NCBI RefSeq assembly: GCF_001194135.2
Contig: NC_068983.1
Location: 110,213,417 to 110,266,720, forward strand
Direction: 5' to 3'
DNA: 53,304 nucleotides
Origin: Octopus bimaculoides
Taxonomy: Eukaryota
The notes beneath the pieces were generated by a model. That model worked only from the letters and a program-made list of their open reading frames with translations. It searched no databases and was not told the DNA's origin. This document shows positions 50,601 to 53,304 of the stretch, one piece after another (the first letter of the stretch is position 1; each line of letters begins with the position of its first letter). The position numbers and the translations under genes were made by a program.

Positions 50601-53101
50601 ATGAATGCCTGGTATTTGTGTATTTCTAGTTGTTGAGTTATTACCTATGAAATGACAAAAATACACGAACATACGGTTTGATATCTATTCTATTCCTTTG
50701 AATCTGAATGTAAATCCGCATGAAATTTCCTTTCAATTTCTTCTATAATATAGCTACTGCAGCATAAATTTGTGTCTAACAAAGTGACTTTTTTTCTATA
50801 ATGATGAACACTTTCAATATCGTACTGTTTTTAATTCAAAAAATTGAAAAGTAAGCAACAAATTTTGAAGTATCGAGACAATTACAAGCAACCATGTTTA
50901 AGATGTACATTTTGTTTATCAATCGATGCATGCGAATTGTTAAGCGTTCCCTCAGATATTTACAGAGACAGAACTTGTACTATATTCTAGCGAGAAAAGA
51001 TATTGAAAGCAATCTAAGAATCAGTATAAAGTAATTATATTGCCAACTATTGTAAGATTAAAGATAACTTGATTTCATGGGATTTGAATGGTGAAGAATG
51101 AATTGTTGTAAACCTTAAATAATATGAATTCAATAGCTGTCAAACAAGAAATTTCCTGTATCAACTTAATCGTTTATATTACCCGTTAAGATTTTAACTA
51201 CTGAAAATGTCACCAAGTAATCAACACAACACATTCTCTAAGAAAATTAATATACAACAGCCTATCTAGCACTCCTATATGTAGGACCTATGTAGTAATA
51301 TTAATGACAGTGTTGATTAAAGGGAAGGGTTCTTATTGCTTAGTTAGCTTGAGCTCTAAGAAAAAGGTTCACACGAGCTGAAATCAAAAGAATTCATAGT
51401 AATGATAATCGTTACGAAAAATGGAAACCGAGTGTGTAAATAATTCTGATCTGGCTCTGTCTAATTCTTAATATCGCCAGTGAATTTGGGAGAAATGCCG
51501 AATGTTTGAAGATCATCACAAAATTAATTTTATCGGATAGAATTTAAATGTGTTTCAGATACCGGGTTGTAAAGTGGGAACATTTCATGTCATTGAGGAT
51601 ATTACAACAGACGTCCTTGACGGAATGCTAAATTTTAAAAGTAGTGAGACATTGATGCACTTCTCAAAAACACTAACTGAATATAATGCGGAAAAGAAAG
51701 CACATGTCATAACACACTAATGACTTAAACTAGTCACTAACTCACAAGGCGTTATTTGTAGTTACTTACTGTTTGATGACTAAAGATTGCTCTGACTGAC
51801 TCTACTCAGTCAGAAATATACTATGGCAATAGCCAACACAAGGTAGTTAAGTCTTATCTCCACATATTCTTCCTCTTTAAATAATGGCTTGTTATTTATT
51901 CCAATTTAAGATGTAAAATTTAACTGAACCACTAGTAGCTTGGGTCTTGGCTGATATGATATTCAATAATTTATGATGATATATTTTCTTCCTAAACATA
52001 CTAAATAAAGTTATCTATATAGAATTTATAGCTGCTATCATGAGCAAGTGGACGACTTTAAGTAGTTGATTCGGCTACATAGAATACGAAGTAAATAGTT
52101 AACTTCGAAGAAAACATAACATAATTATTCGCAGCAGACTATACACTTTATCAATTAATAGTACTACTTGTTGCGATGCAAGGAGTCCATAGTTGCTGTA
52201 GTTACAAAAGAATGTCCATTGGTGTTAGTAATATAAGTCTTATTCATAATGATAATGGTTATGGTGATAGTAAGGATATCAATGCTATAATTATAGTGGT
52301 AGGTATGGTGCTATTGGTACTAACTGAATTAGTTTTAGCAGAAATAATATAAAGGTTTTAATTTTCTTACAATTGTAATGTATGTGACAGTTGTATTATG
52401 ATTGGTATTTCTTATATTTATCAGATGTATAGATTTAACAGTTAGCAATGTTTCCGAAGAAAAGAGTGCTTCTTATTTGATATTCTAATCAACATTATTA
52501 TATTACTCTGTCGACTTTATTTGAAATATGCAAGAATATTTGGATTCTTACGTATTGTATGAGCAACATAGCACGGTAGTTGTGTGACAGATTAATTGCA
52601 TTTCAAATAATGGCGTGTTCTGGATAAGCAAAGCAGATTTCTGAATTCAACTTCTGCTAAAAATGACATCATGTGATTACATTAGATAAGACTTAAAATA
52701 AGCATCAAAACTAAAAATGTCGATCAAATATGAATATTCGGAAGAAATATTCTGTTATATTTGCCTGAAAGAAGGATTGACGGAATGATTTCTATTTCAT
52801 AGATCAAAATGACACATTCTTTAAAGAGTCCTTTTACAAACGTTGTATGATTTTAGTTTTAGCAAAATAATGTTTTGAGATGCTGATTGGCAAGTAAGTT
52901 ACATAAATTTAGGTTTGTCACCAAGGTATGAGGAGACATACTTAACGACATGGGTGTGAATAAGTTTAATGGAGCTGATCATTACTAGAAGTAACATTGC
53001 ACCAATACCACTTCGACGATAGCACTACCATAACACGACGATAAAACTACCACCATCACTAATATCTCAAATAGGATTATCACAGTCAACCCGCCATCAT
53101 C

Positions 53102-53108
53102 ATTATTA

Positions 53109-53185
<77 letters not shown>
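53102..53185. repeat. (ATT)n microsatellite (tail of the adjacent minus-strand LINE)
   Basis: Direct read. Confidence 0.95.
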
Positions 53186-53188
<3 letters not shown>

Positions 53189-53304
53189 TAGCTTTATTTT
53201 TATAACGTGCTTTCACTTCACTACCGAGCGCAGCTCTGTGTGCCTTGGGTATGTGCTGTGGTTTGCTGTGATGCTCTTCTGGTTACTGTATTGAAAGTGT
53301 TTTG
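53186..53304 (-). mobile_element. 3' end of RLE-LINE (ORF end KTLSIQ*, 3' UTR) running off the window
   Basis: Reverse complement reads AAA ACA CTT TCA ATA CAG TAA, then UTR matching 35400-35487, AATAAA and (AAT)n. Confidence 0.85.

Overview
Eukaryotic, very AT-rich, repeat-saturated genomic DNA. It is most likely a coleoid cephalopod (Octopus-like) short-read scaffold; this is inferred from the tRNA-SINE families and microsatellite load, not from a database search. No intact host gene, rRNA, true tRNA or CRISPR array can be supported. The window holds about 20 copies of three tRNA-derived SINE families (here called A, B, C) and many decayed non-LTR retrotransposon pieces: RLE-type R4/Dong-like, L1/Tx1-like, RTE-like, and two Penelope-like GIY-YIG remnants. 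It also holds one mariner and one Tc1 transposase 5' fragment, a 249-bp TIR element, a fold-back element, compound trinucleotide microsatellites and ten N gaps. Most listed ORFs are microsatellite, gap or SINE artefacts. The most interesting observations are: a ~110-bp local segment apparently copied into a SINE and carrying microexon-like splice signals; several unverified microexon or exon candidates; a Penelope fragment with a ~105-aa open Asn/Lys-rich linker; hammerhead-like cores; and a strong strand polarity of two repeat families.
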